This document shows, piece after piece, positions 16,733-26,325 of a DNA stretch of 60,542 nucleotides. This DNA comes from a virus, in IMG/VR virus record IMGVR_UViG_3300027721_000017, one strand, 5' to 3'. The notes below the pieces were generated by a model. It ran no database searches and was not told the DNA's origin. It saw only the letters and a program-made list of their open reading frames with translations. Position numbers and translations under genes: made by a program. Position 1 is the stretch's first letter. Each line of letters begins with the position of its first letter.

Positions 16733-17890
16733 ATGAAACCGTTGACCAGCACCACCGAAGACCTGAAGCCCGACAAGATGCTTCCGACGCTCTACAAGAA
16801 GACGAGCACGGGGGCTGACCAGATGTGGAGCATCGGCACCTACCGAAACGTCATCATCACCCAGTTCGGCCAAGTCGGAGGGAAGATTCAGGAGACCCAC
16901 GACATCGTCAAAACCGGGAAGAACATCGGCCGGTCCAACGAGACCACCGCCATCGAGCAGGCTGAGCTCGAGGCCAGGGCGCAGTGGGAGAAGAAGAAGA
17001 CGGCCAAGGGCTACGTCGAGTCCTTGAGCGATGCCAGGAAGGGGAAGCGTGACGCCCTCGTCGCGGGCGGCATCGACCCGATGCTGGCTCACCGCTTCGA
17101 CGAGCAGGGCCACAAAATCGTGTACCCCGCACTAGCACAGCCGAAGTTCGACGGGCATCGCTGCATCGCAGTTGTATCCGCTGGAAAGTGTACCCTCTGG
17201 TCCCGTACACGGAAGCCCATCACTGGCCTGCCCCACATCATTCGGGATATCGAGTTCTGGGCCGAGAGCCGGGGGCAGCGGGACCGCGTGCTAGACGGGG
17301 AACTCTACAACCATGACTACCGGGAAAAGTTTGAGGAGCTCACCAGCTTCATCCGGAGTGAAGATCCCAAGCCGGGACACGAAGTCGTTGAGTACCACAT
17401 CTACGACGTAGCTGGCCCCGACTCTTTCGTGGACCGTCACGCGATTCTCAAAGCGTTCTCCTTGCACGGCGCCATGCGCTGCGTCGAGACCGTCGCAGTC
17501 ACCGATGAAGACGATCTCATGCTCACCTTCGAGCGGTTCTTGGTACAAGGCTATGAAGGATTGATGGTCCGAAACATGGCGGGCGAGTACGTCAACAAAC
17601 GCTCGTACGACCTTCAGAAGGTGAAGGAGTTCATCGACGAGGAGTTCGTCGTCATCGGCGTCGAAGAGGGTCGCGGCAAGTTGGCGGGCCACGGCATCTT
17701 CGTCTGCAAGACTCGCGACGGCGTTGAGTTTCGAGCGAAGATGATGGGCGAGCTCGAGAGCCTCAAGCAGTATTACGAGAACCCCAAGGCTGTCGTAGGT
17801 CAGCTGCTGACTGTCAAGTTCCAGGGGTACACGGCGAAGAACGGCGTTCCCCGATTCCCGGTGGCGCTACGCATGCGGGAGAACATCTGA
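16733..17890 (+). CDS. ATP-dependent DNA ligase (small phage T7-like type)
   Basis: Adenylation motif I KFDGHR (AQPKFDGHRCIAV). Motif IV-like EGLMVRN. Motif V-like DLQKVK. About 385 aa. Confidence 0.85.
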   Translation: MKPLTSTTEDLKPDKMLPTLYKKTSTGADQMWSIGTYRNVIITQFGQVGGKIQETHDIVKTGKNIGRSNETTAIEQAELEARAQWEKKKTAKGYVESLSDARKGKRDALVAGGIDPMLAHRFDEQGHKIVYPALAQPKFDGHRCIAVVSAGKCTLWSRTRKPITGLPHIIRDIEFWAESRGQRDRVLDGELYNHDYREKFEELTSFIRSEDPKPGHEVVEYHIYDVAGPDSFVDRHAILKAFSLHGAMRCVETVAVTDEDDLMLTFERFLVQGYEGLMVRNMAGEYVNKRSYDLQKVKEFIDEEFVVIGVEEGRGKLAGHGIFVCKTRDGVEFRAKMMGELESLKQYYENPKAVVGQLLTVKFQGYTAKNGVPRFPVALRMRENI

Positions 17891-18288
17891 TGCAGACGTT
17901 TCTCCCGTATCCCGACTTCGTGAAGTCCGCGCAGGTCCTCGACTACCGCCGTCTCGGGAAGCAGCGCGTCGAGTGCGTTCAGCTTCTCAGCGCGTTGTCC
18001 GGGCTCAAGAAGGGCTGGGTCAACCACCCCGCCGCAAAGATGTGGCGAGGCCACGAGCTCGCTCTCGCGGCCTACAAAGATGCATGTATCCGCGAATGGG
18101 TTTCTCGGGGGTACAAGAACACCCTTCCGTTGTCCGACATCCAGGAGCCAGCCCCTTTTCCCGCGTGGTTTGGGGACGAGCTCTTCCACCGCAGCCATCA
18201 ATCAAACCTGCTTCGGAAGGACCCCGTCTTCTACGGGCCTCACTTTCCGGGCGTTCCGAATGACCTGCCTTACATATGGCCGACATGA
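17890..18288 (+). CDS. Pyrimidine-dimer DNA glycosylase (Pyr_excise/PF03013-like) family protein
   Basis: N-terminus MQTFLPYPDFVKSAQVLDYRRLGKQRVECVQLL follows the M-x-W/F-x-L-H/Y-P-x-Y/F-L-D...W-R-E consensus as recalled. ATGA overlap with the ligase. Confidence 0.45.
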   Translation: MQTFLPYPDFVKSAQVLDYRRLGKQRVECVQLLSALSGLKKGWVNHPAAKMWRGHELALAAYKDACIREWVSRGYKNTLPLSDIQEPAPFPAWFGDELFHRSHQSNLLRKDPVFYGPHFPGVPNDLPYIWPT

Positions 18289-18506
18289 ACCAAATCCTTA
18301 CTGACGACTTGATCAAGTACGAGAACGACGAGATGACTTCAGCTGAAGAAGTCGTCTTTTTCCAGAAGCTCATCGACACAGGCATGGCCTGGACACTCCA
18401 AGGACACTATGGCCGCACGGCGCAAAGGTTCATCGAAGAGGGCCTCTGCACCCAAAGTAGACCCGGAGGTGGAGGCTCTTCTGCTGGTAAAGCAACAGCT
18501 GGCTAA
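18276..18506 (+). CDS. Small hypothetical protein (3' end doubtful; an alternative frame 18409-18606 also looks protein-like)
   Basis: Track ORFs. ATGGCCGACATGA overlap with the upstream gene. Confidence 0.35.
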   Translation: MADMNQILTDDLIKYENDEMTSAEEVVFFQKLIDTGMAWTLQGHYGRTAQRFIEEGLCTQSRPGGGGSSAGKATAG

Positions 18507-18628
18507 GCGAGGTCTCTGGCGCTCGGTTCACGCCGTCGACCAAGCGCTTAACACGCTGGGGTGGGAGATCGCAGGAGCTGAAGAGAAATGGCGGACGGAA
18601 TTCTAGGCGTCGGAAGAGAGGCGGCGGT

Positions 18629-18949
18629 ATGGCCGACTGCGTAGGCTGTGGCTTCGAATGCCGCCGAGGTCCTTGTGGCTTCAGCGGCGAGATGATGCAT
18701 CGAGAGGGGAAAACATGGGATCCAAAAGTGGGCTGTCCTTACCTACGTCAGGTGGGGATACAGTGGCGTTGCGGGATGTACATCGACGGGAGTCCGAAGC
18801 TCCGGGAAGCGATGGAGCAGGTGATGGGGATCGGGGCGGGCTGCAGTGCCTCCCTCTTCAATTCGGACCGCGAAGAGATGATCCGGCGTTTGCGTTCCTT
18901 GTCAGCTTCGTCAAGAACATCCTCCGAGAAACCGTCAGCCAAGACCTGA
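18629..18949 (+). CDS. Cys-rich small protein (CVGCGFECRRGPCGF...)
   Basis: Track ORF. Followed after 3 nt by a 39-codon ORF (18953-19072). Confidence 0.45.
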   Translation: MADCVGCGFECRRGPCGFSGEMMHREGKTWDPKVGCPYLRQVGIQWRCGMYIDGSPKLREAMEQVMGIGAGCSASLFNSDREEMIRRLRSLSASSRTSSEKPSAKT

Positions 18950-19204
18950 TCGTCATGGCTCTGTACGGCGTCAAAGCGGACCTGAAGGCGACGGACGAAC
19001 AGATGAAGGTGTTCCAGAAAGCCATGGTTGGCTGGTGGAAGACCAACAAGGTTTGGCCTGACGGCTTTTGACTTCCCATCAGTCTACTCAGTAAAGCCGT
19101 CGTAGTGACGGCCGCGATTCTGGCTTGGCGCCACAAGTACCACGGCCTAGCCGTGTTACTTGATGTCGCCAGGCGCTGGTGATGAAAACAAAGTGGTGGG
19201 GGCT

Positions 19205-19744
19205 ATGGCTCGAAAAAAGTGGAACAGCGAAGAGAAGACGTACTTGGAGGCGAATCACCAGTACCTGCCAATCGCAGCTATGGCGCAGGCGCTTGGGAGA
19301 ACTCCTCACTCTGTAGGTTCGTATCTACGCGCCGCTGGTATGGCGCGGCACTACGAAAAGAAACGGTGGACCAAAGGTGAGGTGCTCAAGTTGTATCTCT
19401 ACGTGGAGCGCTACGGTCCGCACGCCATCTCAGAGAAGATGAAACGTCCTCTGACGGAGATCCGTCGGAAGATCGTGCACCTGAAGCTCAAGACCCGCAC
19501 GGAGGTGTACTCCCAGGCGCGAGCTCGGGCAGTTACGGGGTACCACGAGTACCAGCTTCAACGAGCTCGAGACGTCTTACGTCAGGTTTGGCGCCGAGAG
19601 ACGTTCCCGTCTCCCCGTGGGGGTCGGGACAAAGTACGGTTCACCATCACGCAGAAGCAGTTGGACGCGCTCTGTGAGCACTTGAAGACAGACCCGCTGA
19701 AGAACATGCGGAAGACGAAGCGCGCACTTCTTTGCGCCGCCTGA
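19205..19744 (+). CDS. Putative DNA-binding protein (HTH/Myb-like WNSEEKTYLEANHQYLPIAAMAQALGRTPHSVGSYL)
   Basis: ATG 19205 is internal to track ORF 19160. Followed by a strong terminator. Confidence 0.5.
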   Translation: MARKKWNSEEKTYLEANHQYLPIAAMAQALGRTPHSVGSYLRAAGMARHYEKKRWTKGEVLKLYLYVERYGPHAISEKMKRPLTEIRRKIVHLKLKTRTEVYSQARARAVTGYHEYQLQRARDVLRQVWRRETFPSPRGGRDKVRFTITQKQLDALCEHLKTDPLKNMRKTKRALLCAA

Positions 19745-19748
19745 TGTG

Positions 19749-19777
19749 CCTCCCCAGGTCACCGGGGAGGTTTTTTT
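19749..19777 (+). terminator. Rho-independent terminator (cctcccc-aggtcacc-ggggagg + TTTTTTT)
   Basis: 7-bp stem and T7 run seen in sequence, between convergent genes. Confidence 0.7.
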
Positions 19778-20519
19778 AGCCCCGCGATAGCGCAGGCTGC
19801 TTCATCAGATGTGACAGCGAAGTCCCGGCGGGCGGCTTGTTCTTGGGCCTCAAGATGGTCGCGAGGACCAGCTTGTTGTCCTTGCCCACCGTCTTGAACG
19901 CCGCCACGGCGGCGGGGTTGCCGACTGCGTCCTTCACTGGGAGGTAGTAGCGCCCCGCAGGGACGTCGAGCTTGATGGCCTGTGACCGCAGCTGCGCGAG
20001 AACGTCGGCGGGTAGTTCCACCTTGATGCGTTCTTTTAACCGGTCGTCAGCGTGGTCAGCGGCCTTTTGCTCGTAGCCCGCCCACCGGGGGTCCTGCGGG
20101 GGTCCACGCTGCTGCTTTGGGGCTGTGGCCTGCTGCAGGGCCATATTCCCCAGTATGCTGGCTCCCATGCCCTTGAAGCCTCCCAGGTAGCCGCCTGCGG
20201 CGTCAGAGACGCCACCGATGAGAGCTTGACGCATCTTGTCGCCTGAGGGGGCCATGGCGGCGTTCATCGCCATGCTGGACAGCCCTTGGATCGTAGCCGT
20301 CGCCGCCCGCTGTGCTGGCGTCAATACGGCATCCGCCTCCTTGCTGAAGTGAGCCAAGGCTGCTCGAGCTCCAAGCTCGTAGGCCTTCTTCACGTGCAGG
20401 GGAAGCTTCTTCTTGTTCTTGGTCTCGTGCTCCCATTCGTGAACCGTTTTTTCGGAGATCTCTCCTCGCGCCGCTTTGGCGTGAAACAGTCTACGCTGGG
20501 CCTCACTTTTGAACGGCAT
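19776..20519 (-). CDS. Hypothetical protein (247 aa)
   Basis: Track ORF. First of a co-directional minus-strand block. Confidence 0.55.
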   Translation of the reverse strand: MPFKSEAQRRLFHAKAARGEISEKTVHEWEHETKNKKKLPLHVKKAYELGARAALAHFSKEADAVLTPAQRAATATIQGLSSMAMNAAMAPSGDKMRQALIGGVSDAAGGYLGGFKGMGASILGNMALQQATAPKQQRGPPQDPRWAGYEQKAADHADDRLKERIKVELPADVLAQLRSQAIKLDVPAGRYYLPVKDAVGNPAAVAAFKTVGKDNKLVLATILRPKNKPPAGTSLSHLMKQPALSRG

Positions 20520-20522
20520 GTC

Positions 20523-21863
20523 TCACCGCATGTATGTGGCGAGAGCTGCGTCGGCGCCAGCTTGATAGATGAGGGAGGCTTGCTTCGGGGCGCGGCGGAC
20601 CGTCATCATGGGCCCCTCGGGGGGCGGCGTCTTCGGCTTCATCGGCTTCTGCGGCGTAGATGGATCACGCCGGTAGACCTGCTGGTCTTCTGCGCGATTG
20701 ACCTTGGGCTGCGCTCGAGCCTTTGCTTCTTCGGGGGTCGCCGTTGACTTGGCGCCTCCGCGAACGCCCATGATGCGCTCGAAATCCCTGGTGGACCGTG
20801 CGCCCTGAGGGCCTTTGATCTTCGGCGCAGTCTTGTCGGCGACCCAGTCCATGGCGCGTTCACCCGCGCCTACCACTTTTTCTTTGGCTCCTGCGATGGT
20901 GGGGCCTACCGTGTTCCGGTAGATCTCTCCTCCGCGAGTTTGTTCCTTCATCATCTTCTCGTGGAAGGCGTTCGCCGTAAGCCCGGCGCCTGCGAGCCCC
21001 ATCGCGGCGGGGGCCATCGCTTTGCCCGCTCCATAGAGGCCCTTCGCGCCTTCTACCGCGCCCGATGCGAGGTCCTTCGCGTGCCCGAGGAGAGGGTGGT
21101 CCGGCTGCGCCACCTGCTCCATCCCGGCCATCTCACGAAGCTGGTTCGCTCCCCCACGGATGCTTCCGCCGATACCCTTCTGGTAGGCGTTGACCAGTCC
21201 CGTTCCGCGGATGTTCCCTCGAGTGTTCATCAGTGTGTGGTGCAGGCCGCCAGCGAGCGCCGTGCCTCCGCCCAGCAGGAGAGCCTTGTCAAAAGCGCTC
21301 AGGCCCTTGTCGTTTGGGTCCTGGCCGTACTGTCCGTAGTACGCAGCCTCTGGAGGGAGGGGACGCCCGTAGGCGTCGACGTAGGCGATTTTGAAGCGGT
21401 CAAGTCCAGCGGCGCTGGCGAGGTCGTTGATCTTTGAGCCCATAGGTTTGTACGCCTTAGAGAGGGGGGACTTCGTACCCATCAGCATGTTGTGTCCGAC
21501 ATGGGCTCCGGCGGCGAGCCCACCCATCCCAAGTCCGGCGGTGAGCGCCGACGACGCTGTGTCGCCTTTGTCTGCGTTGATCCCAGCGATGAGCGCGGAG
21601 GGGAGGCCTACCGCAAGCGCTGGCACCGCGGCATTCTGAAGGCTCTTCAGCAGCAGCGCCTTGGTCTTCGGGTTCATGCCTCCGAGGACACTCAGGGGCG
21701 GCTTCGACCAGGGAAAGGCGAGCTTGAACTGTTCGGCTGTTTTGCCGGATGGCTTTGCTTCCGGGTTGAGCCGGTGGAAGCTATCGAGATTGACGTTCTT
21801 CGAGCACGCCGGGCACTTTGAATCCTTCTTCTCGTGCTTGCATGCGCATTGCTTGGTCATCAT
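20523..21863 (-). CDS. Gly/Ala-rich hypothetical protein (446 aa) with N-terminal CxC...CPAC and hydrophobic stretches
   Basis: Track ORF. Low-complexity composition. Confidence 0.55.
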   Translation of the reverse strand: MMTKQCACKHEKKDSKCPACSKNVNLDSFHRLNPEAKPSGKTAEQFKLAFPWSKPPLSVLGGMNPKTKALLLKSLQNAAVPALAVGLPSALIAGINADKGDTASSALTAGLGMGGLAAGAHVGHNMLMGTKSPLSKAYKPMGSKINDLASAAGLDRFKIAYVDAYGRPLPPEAAYYGQYGQDPNDKGLSAFDKALLLGGGTALAGGLHHTLMNTRGNIRGTGLVNAYQKGIGGSIRGGANQLREMAGMEQVAQPDHPLLGHAKDLASGAVEGAKGLYGAGKAMAPAAMGLAGAGLTANAFHEKMMKEQTRGGEIYRNTVGPTIAGAKEKVVGAGERAMDWVADKTAPKIKGPQGARSTRDFERIMGVRGGAKSTATPEEAKARAQPKVNRAEDQQVYRRDPSTPQKPMKPKTPPPEGPMMTVRRAPKQASLIYQAGADAALATYMR

Positions 21864-21869
21864 GGATCC

Positions 21870-22325
21870 TCAGTAGTGGACCATTCCGGGGAGATTACCT
21901 TGCCCGGCGGCTCCTGGCATGTGGGAGGGCCCGGGCCCTGCGGGTCGTTTGAAGTTGGTCATCCCGGTGGGCGCGGGCTTCGGAGCCAGCAGTTTGTCCG
22001 CCGCAACGTCTCCAGCCATTCCCGCTACGATGCCGCCACCACCAGGGATCAGACTCGACGCGGCTTGGATTCCACCACGAGTCACCGCGCCTTTGAGTCC
22101 TTCCCCTTGGGCGAACCCTTGAATAGCACCGCCCGCTCCGCTGAGCACCGCCCCCGCCGCGTTTCCAACGACGGGGACGACGCTCGCTCCGCGGCCGAGC
22201 CACTTCGCGCCAGTCGCGACGCCCTTCCCGATGGCCCCCATGCTGAGGGCGATTTTGGTCAGACCAAAGGCCCCGAGAGCCGTTCTCTCGCCGTAAGCGT
22301 ATGCCACCGGGGTTGGGTCAAACAT
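21870..22325 (-). CDS. Gly-rich hypothetical protein (151 aa)
   Basis: ATG 22325 preceded by a TATACT box (see findings). Confidence 0.55.
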   Translation of the reverse strand: MFDPTPVAYAYGERTALGAFGLTKIALSMGAIGKGVATGAKWLGRGASVVPVVGNAAGAVLSGAGGAIQGFAQGEGLKGAVTRGGIQAASSLIPGGGGIVAGMAGDVAADKLLAPKPAPTGMTNFKRPAGPGPSHMPGAAGQGNLPGMVHY

Positions 22326-22340
22326 GCCTGGAGTATAGGG
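22326..22340 (-). promoter_or_regulatory. Minus-strand CCCCTATACTC box 6 nt upstream of ATG 22325
   Basis: Read on the minus strand: cccctatactccaggcATG. Confidence 0.45.
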
Positions 22341-22360
22341 GAGCCGAAGCTCCCCGGCGA

Positions 22361-23056
22361 CTAGCGACGGTTCTTCTTCTCGAAGAAGCTCGGCTTGGCG
22401 GCGGGGGCTGCTTCAGGAGCAGCCTCGGGGGCTTCCTCCTCTTTCGCCTCGCTGGCAGGCGCGACGACCTCAGGCTCCACAGGCTGCGTGACGACAGGCT
22501 CCGGCGTCGGAGCGGGAGGGGGAGGAGCCACAGGCTCTGGGGGCGCCGCCACCTTCGCCACTTCGACGACAGGGGACGTCGTGCCGACGCTGAAGTTGAG
22601 CCAGCCTGCGCCCTTGAGCTTCTCGAGTCCGGGAGTCAGAAGTCGAAGCTGGCCCTCAGTGACCTCTACCGTCTTTGTCTCTTTCGGCGCCAGCGGGAAC
22701 GTCAGGTAGCCAGGGTCTCCGACCATGACGGTTGATGCGAACGTGCTCGTGAGAGTCAGCTTAGGCATTGTTGATCCTTTGTTTGGGCGCACTGCGCAGG
22801 TGACACAAGGCTCATCATATCGTCGAAGGAGATACAAGAGAAACTCTTTTACGTGTTCTCGGCGGTACAACTCCGCTAGGGGAATTCCGTTTTCTACGGC
22901 GTGATCTATGAGGTTGAAGAAATGATCTACCCTCTCTTCCGGGGAGAGTTTTAGGTCCTTCCAAGCGTAATTCCCGGTTATCGGCACGGCCAAGTATAGG
23001 GCTAGGCCTCCGGCGTTACCTCCTCCGCGGCTTTGGGGAACAAGAGGCTCCAGCAT
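22361..23056 (-). CDS. Hypothetical protein with a Pro/Ala/Glu-rich linker and basic C-terminus; start uncertain (internal ATG ~22768 possible)
   Basis: Track ORF. The listed start overlaps the upstream gene by 54 nt. Confidence 0.4.
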   Translation of the reverse strand: MLEPLVPQSRGGGNAGGLALYLAVPITGNYAWKDLKLSPEERVDHFFNLIDHAVENGIPLAELYRREHVKEFLLYLLRRYDEPCVTCAVRPNKGSTMPKLTLTSTFASTVMVGDPGYLTFPLAPKETKTVEVTEGQLRLLTPGLEKLKGAGWLNFSVGTTSPVVEVAKVAAPPEPVAPPPPAPTPEPVVTQPVEPEVVAPASEAKEEEAPEAAPEAAPAAKPSFFEKKNRR

Positions 23057-23499
23057 TCAGGGGCCTTGAGTACGACGCCGAAGGCGCTCAGAGCCTCGCT
23101 GACTGAGACATCGTCGTCGATGATGATGAAGCCGTTGTCGCGGTTCTCGAGCCCCTGCTTGAAATTGAGCAGTTGCTCCCGCTTGTACTCGGCTGCGTTG
23201 AGCATGTTCCCGTTGGGCCGCATGAGCAGGTGAGTGTCGGGCAGGGCGAGGTTCAGCTTCTCGAGCATCCAACGCATCGTCGTGTCTCGGAGATCTTCAT
23301 TTCGCCCGGTCAAGATGATGATGTCGTACTTCAGCTCTTGGAACTGTGTGAGTACGCGCTCCGCTCCGGCGATGACCGTGTCTTTGATGACGAGGTCTGG
23401 CGCGAAGAAGGCGTCCCAGTTCTTGGGCTCCTTCTCTACGTGGTGCGAGCGGTGAGCATTGTCAGCGAGGGTCTGGTCTAGATCAAGGACTACGAACAT
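23002..23499 (-). CDS. HAD-superfamily phosphatase (polynucleotide 3'-phosphatase / 5'-nucleotidase-like)
   Basis: HAD motif I VLDLDQTLA (DxDxT), ILTGR and DDD motifs. About 165 aa. Confidence 0.65.
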   Translation of the reverse strand: MFVVLDLDQTLADNAHRSHHVEKEPKNWDAFFAPDLVIKDTVIAGAERVLTQFQELKYDIIILTGRNEDLRDTTMRWMLEKLNLALPDTHLLMRPNGNMLNAAEYKREQLLNFKQGLENRDNGFIIIDDDVSVSEALSAFGVVLKAPECWSLLFPKAAEEVTPEA

Positions 23500-23502
23500 G
23501 GG

Positions 23503-23712
23503 TCACTCCGTCACTTTCTTTTTTCGGCTTGCGTACTTCTTCTGGTGCTCGCGTGCCCGCGCCAATCGCAGTTCACGCTCTTCGGCTGTCTCTCTCGTCA
23601 GCTTCTCCGCGTATCTCTCGCGGTAGTAGGCTTTCGCTTCTTCGTGGTTCCGTCGATACCATGCCCGCCAGGCAGCCCGCGCCCTAGCTTTTGATTCGCT
23701 TGCGCTTCCCAC
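23503..23712 (-). CDS. Small Arg/Glu-rich helical protein
   Basis: Track ORF. Confidence 0.4.
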   Translation of the reverse strand: MGSASESKARARAAWRAWYRRNHEEAKAYYRERYAEKLTRETAEERELRLARAREHQKKYASRKKKVTE

Positions 23713-23881
23713 GGCTGCTCCTTTTCTTTTCCAACTGGTAGAAGGCTACGGCGGCCCGCTCCAGCGCGTTTTCAGCGTGGACGAATTTGATCCGGTCCTT
23801 CATGTCCTTCGTTTTGTTTGCCCGCTCCTGCCATTCTCCGAATCGGAGGGCCGAGCGCTTGAGCTTCTCTTCGGCGGTCAT
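23684..23881 (-). CDS. Small basic protein (65 aa)
   Basis: ATG at 23881-23879 overlaps the TGA of the upstream gene (ATGA). The track's longer start is unlikely. Confidence 0.4.
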   Translation of the reverse strand: MTAEEKLKRSALRFGEWQERANKTKDMKDRIKFVHAENALERAAVAFYQLEKKRSSRGKRKRIKS

Positions 23882-24123
23882 CACTTGGTCACCTTTTTCC
23901 TGGAGAGGTAGTCGTTCGCCCAGGAGATGGGGGCCCCGTGAAAGTCTCCCTTGAAGGGGAGATCCATCTGGTTGGTGATGACGCGCCCGGTGGGATCTCG
24001 AATTTCCCACAGCGTCGAATGCGTGTTGGTCTGGGCGGTCAAGAGGTACCCAGACTCATGCTTGAAGGCAGCGGTCACCTTCGGTTGAGCAGGGTGTTCC
24101 TCAGGAGGTACAGGTTTCCACAT
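23881..24123 (-). CDS. Small hypothetical protein (80 aa)
   Basis: Track ORF. Confidence 0.45.
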   Translation of the reverse strand: MWKPVPPEEHPAQPKVTAAFKHESGYLLTAQTNTHSTLWEIRDPTGRVITNQMDLPFKGDFHGAPISWANDYLSRKKVTK

Positions 24124-24177
24124 AGGAGCTCCTTTGACTACGAGGGAGCGCCCTTAGACACCATTTGTATATCAGTG

Positions 24178-26325
24178 TCAATCGTTTTCAGGTTGACGAA
24201 GCATCTGTCGAACCTGCTGGTTCAGCTGCTCTTTTCGAACGCCCATCTCGTCGAGGTACTCATCGACGCCGTAGCCCGGTTTCCGCAGGCCTACGCGCTC
24301 CAGGAGCCCTTGTGGCGCTCTGGTGGCTAGGTACCGCTGCACCAGCACCTTCCGCTCCTCTGGAGGCAAGTCAGCGTGGCTTCGGTACCGGATTCCGCGG
24401 CCAATGACCTGCTTCAACTTCTCCTGGTTCCAGTGCGGCTCGAGGAGCTGGATGAGACGCGTACCTTTGAGGTCCAACCCCTCCCCGCCAGCGCTGGAGA
24501 GGAGCAGGGCTTTGAGCTTACCCTCGTTGTAGTCGCGGACCATCTGTTCACGCGTGCCTCGCGCCATAGCACCGGTGAAGGACCCGTGTGGAATGTTGAG
24601 CTCTTCGAGCCGCTTCTTGTACGGGTCAATCCCTGACTCGAGGTAGTGCGAGTAGATGATAGCTTTCGCGTTGGGGTTCTTATCAAGCATACCCTGAAGC
24701 TCTTGAACCGCTTTGTCGATTTTGGGCTGGCTCGGTGGAATGACGCTTGTGTCGAAGCCACGGGTCGTGTTTGAGATCTGCCGGACCCCGCTCAAGAACG
24801 AGTTGAGCTGCTTCGCTTCTGCTTTGGTTGGCGGAAGGTTCTGAAGGACTTTATTGCGCACCCAGCTGGGCTGGTCCGCCGTGACGTGTTCGTACAGCTT
24901 CATCTGCGCGCTGGTCATCGGCACGTTGACCGTTTGATCCTCCCGTGTAGGAAAGTTCTCCGTGCTCCCCGGGTAGAAGTCGACGTACTTGTCGAGGACC
25001 TTCTGCAGGAACCCTGTGGCTCGCGGGTTCAGACGGGTCTGGTACGACGCGGGTGTTCCTCGCAGGCGCTGCCACAGACTCCGCTCATTGGGGATGTCTT
25101 GCAGAAATCGTTGGCTGAATTGTTCCGGGTCCTCTGGCAGAACGTATCTACCCGCGACCAGGTTGATCGGTCCTGCGACATCCGACGGGTGGTTGTACAG
25201 GAGGGAGCCGGTCAAGGCTAGGCGCTTGCCCGCGGGGGAGGCCATCAAACCTTCGCGTGTCTTTCCAGGGTTCCGCGTCCGGTGGGCTTCATCCACGATG
25301 AGCAGGGGATTCTTCAGCGTCGATCCCCCGCTCCGCGCGACCCCCTCGAGGCTTTGGATGTTCGTGGCGGTAGGGCCCCGCGTATGAGCTTTGAGCTCCT
25401 TACTGTAGTTCCCTTGGAGCGCCGCCGGAGTCACAACGTCGGCAGGAAGGCCCAGCGCATCTGCTACGGCGATGCTCGTGAGCGTCTTTCCGGACCCCAG
25501 CCCGTGAACAGCTACGAGCCCCGGTTGATCGTCATCCTCCATGCGATCCACGACCCGCTGCTGGTGTGGCTTGAGGCGTGTAGTGATTTTCGCTGTTTTC
25601 TCGTTGTCCTTCTCTTCCCGGCGCTTCTTCATGAACTTCTTTACGCCGGTGATCGCCAACGGAGCTAGCGCATGCGCGAGGTACGTTCCATACGCGGGAA
25701 GAAGTACGGAGCTGTGGAGAAGCCCTTTCCCGAGTCCGTACTTCCCGACCATGTGTGCCACTGCGCGAGCGGAGGCCAGGCCTTCATCCAGCAGCAGCGG
25801 TGAGGAGAAGGCCAGCGATGCGAGTCCAGGAGCCCAAGAAGGATCCTTGGAGGCCGCTGCGTAGATGGACGCCGCCGGGACGCTGTACGAGGTTATCTTG
25901 TCCGCTATGTTGTGCCCGGCCACGTAGGCGAGGGGCGGAAGCATTTGGCTGTTGAGGTTGTGCCCCATTTCATGCGCGGCGACTGCTTCACCTACGCCGC
26001 TGGGCAGCTGAATGCCGCGCCACCAACCGAATGGCCCCTTTCCTACTATCGCTGCGGGACTCCCAGCGTAGTATCGGTCGACATCCCCGCCCATCTGATA
26101 GCGTAGCCAGCGCTTAGAGAAGAGCTTTTTGTCCAGCGGGCTCATCAAGTGGTAGAGCGCGGAAGCCGGCTTGTGCGCGTGCCGTTGCACGAGATATCCC
26201 GCGGCCCCAGCGCCTACGGTCTTAGCAACCTCTTTGGCCTTTTCCGCCGTCGAGCTTTCCGGCTTCTCATCTTTTTCTTCGCGCTTGGCGAGCTTGAACC
26301 GATCAAGCATGGGCGTGCTGGTCAT
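24178..26325 (-). CDS. SNF2-family helicase/ATPase with an N-terminal ~250-aa domain carrying a HExxH metallopeptidase-like motif
   Basis: N-terminal AAHEMGHNL. Walker A GLGSGKT. DEAH-like LIVDEAHRTRN. Helicase C motif LLSSAGGEGLDLKGTRLIQLLEPHWN...QVIGRGIRY. Confidence 0.85.
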   Translation of the reverse strand: MTSTPMLDRFKLAKREEKDEKPESSTAEKAKEVAKTVGAGAAGYLVQRHAHKPASALYHLMSPLDKKLFSKRWLRYQMGGDVDRYYAGSPAAIVGKGPFGWWRGIQLPSGVGEAVAAHEMGHNLNSQMLPPLAYVAGHNIADKITSYSVPAASIYAAASKDPSWAPGLASLAFSSPLLLDEGLASARAVAHMVGKYGLGKGLLHSSVLLPAYGTYLAHALAPLAITGVKKFMKKRREEKDNEKTAKITTRLKPHQQRVVDRMEDDDQPGLVAVHGLGSGKTLTSIAVADALGLPADVVTPAALQGNYSKELKAHTRGPTATNIQSLEGVARSGGSTLKNPLLIVDEAHRTRNPGKTREGLMASPAGKRLALTGSLLYNHPSDVAGPINLVAGRYVLPEDPEQFSQRFLQDIPNERSLWQRLRGTPASYQTRLNPRATGFLQKVLDKYVDFYPGSTENFPTREDQTVNVPMTSAQMKLYEHVTADQPSWVRNKVLQNLPPTKAEAKQLNSFLSGVRQISNTTRGFDTSVIPPSQPKIDKAVQELQGMLDKNPNAKAIIYSHYLESGIDPYKKRLEELNIPHGSFTGAMARGTREQMVRDYNEGKLKALLLSSAGGEGLDLKGTRLIQLLEPHWNQEKLKQVIGRGIRYRSHADLPPEERKVLVQRYLATRAPQGLLERVGLRKPGYGVDEYLDEMGVRKEQLNQQVRQMLRQPEND

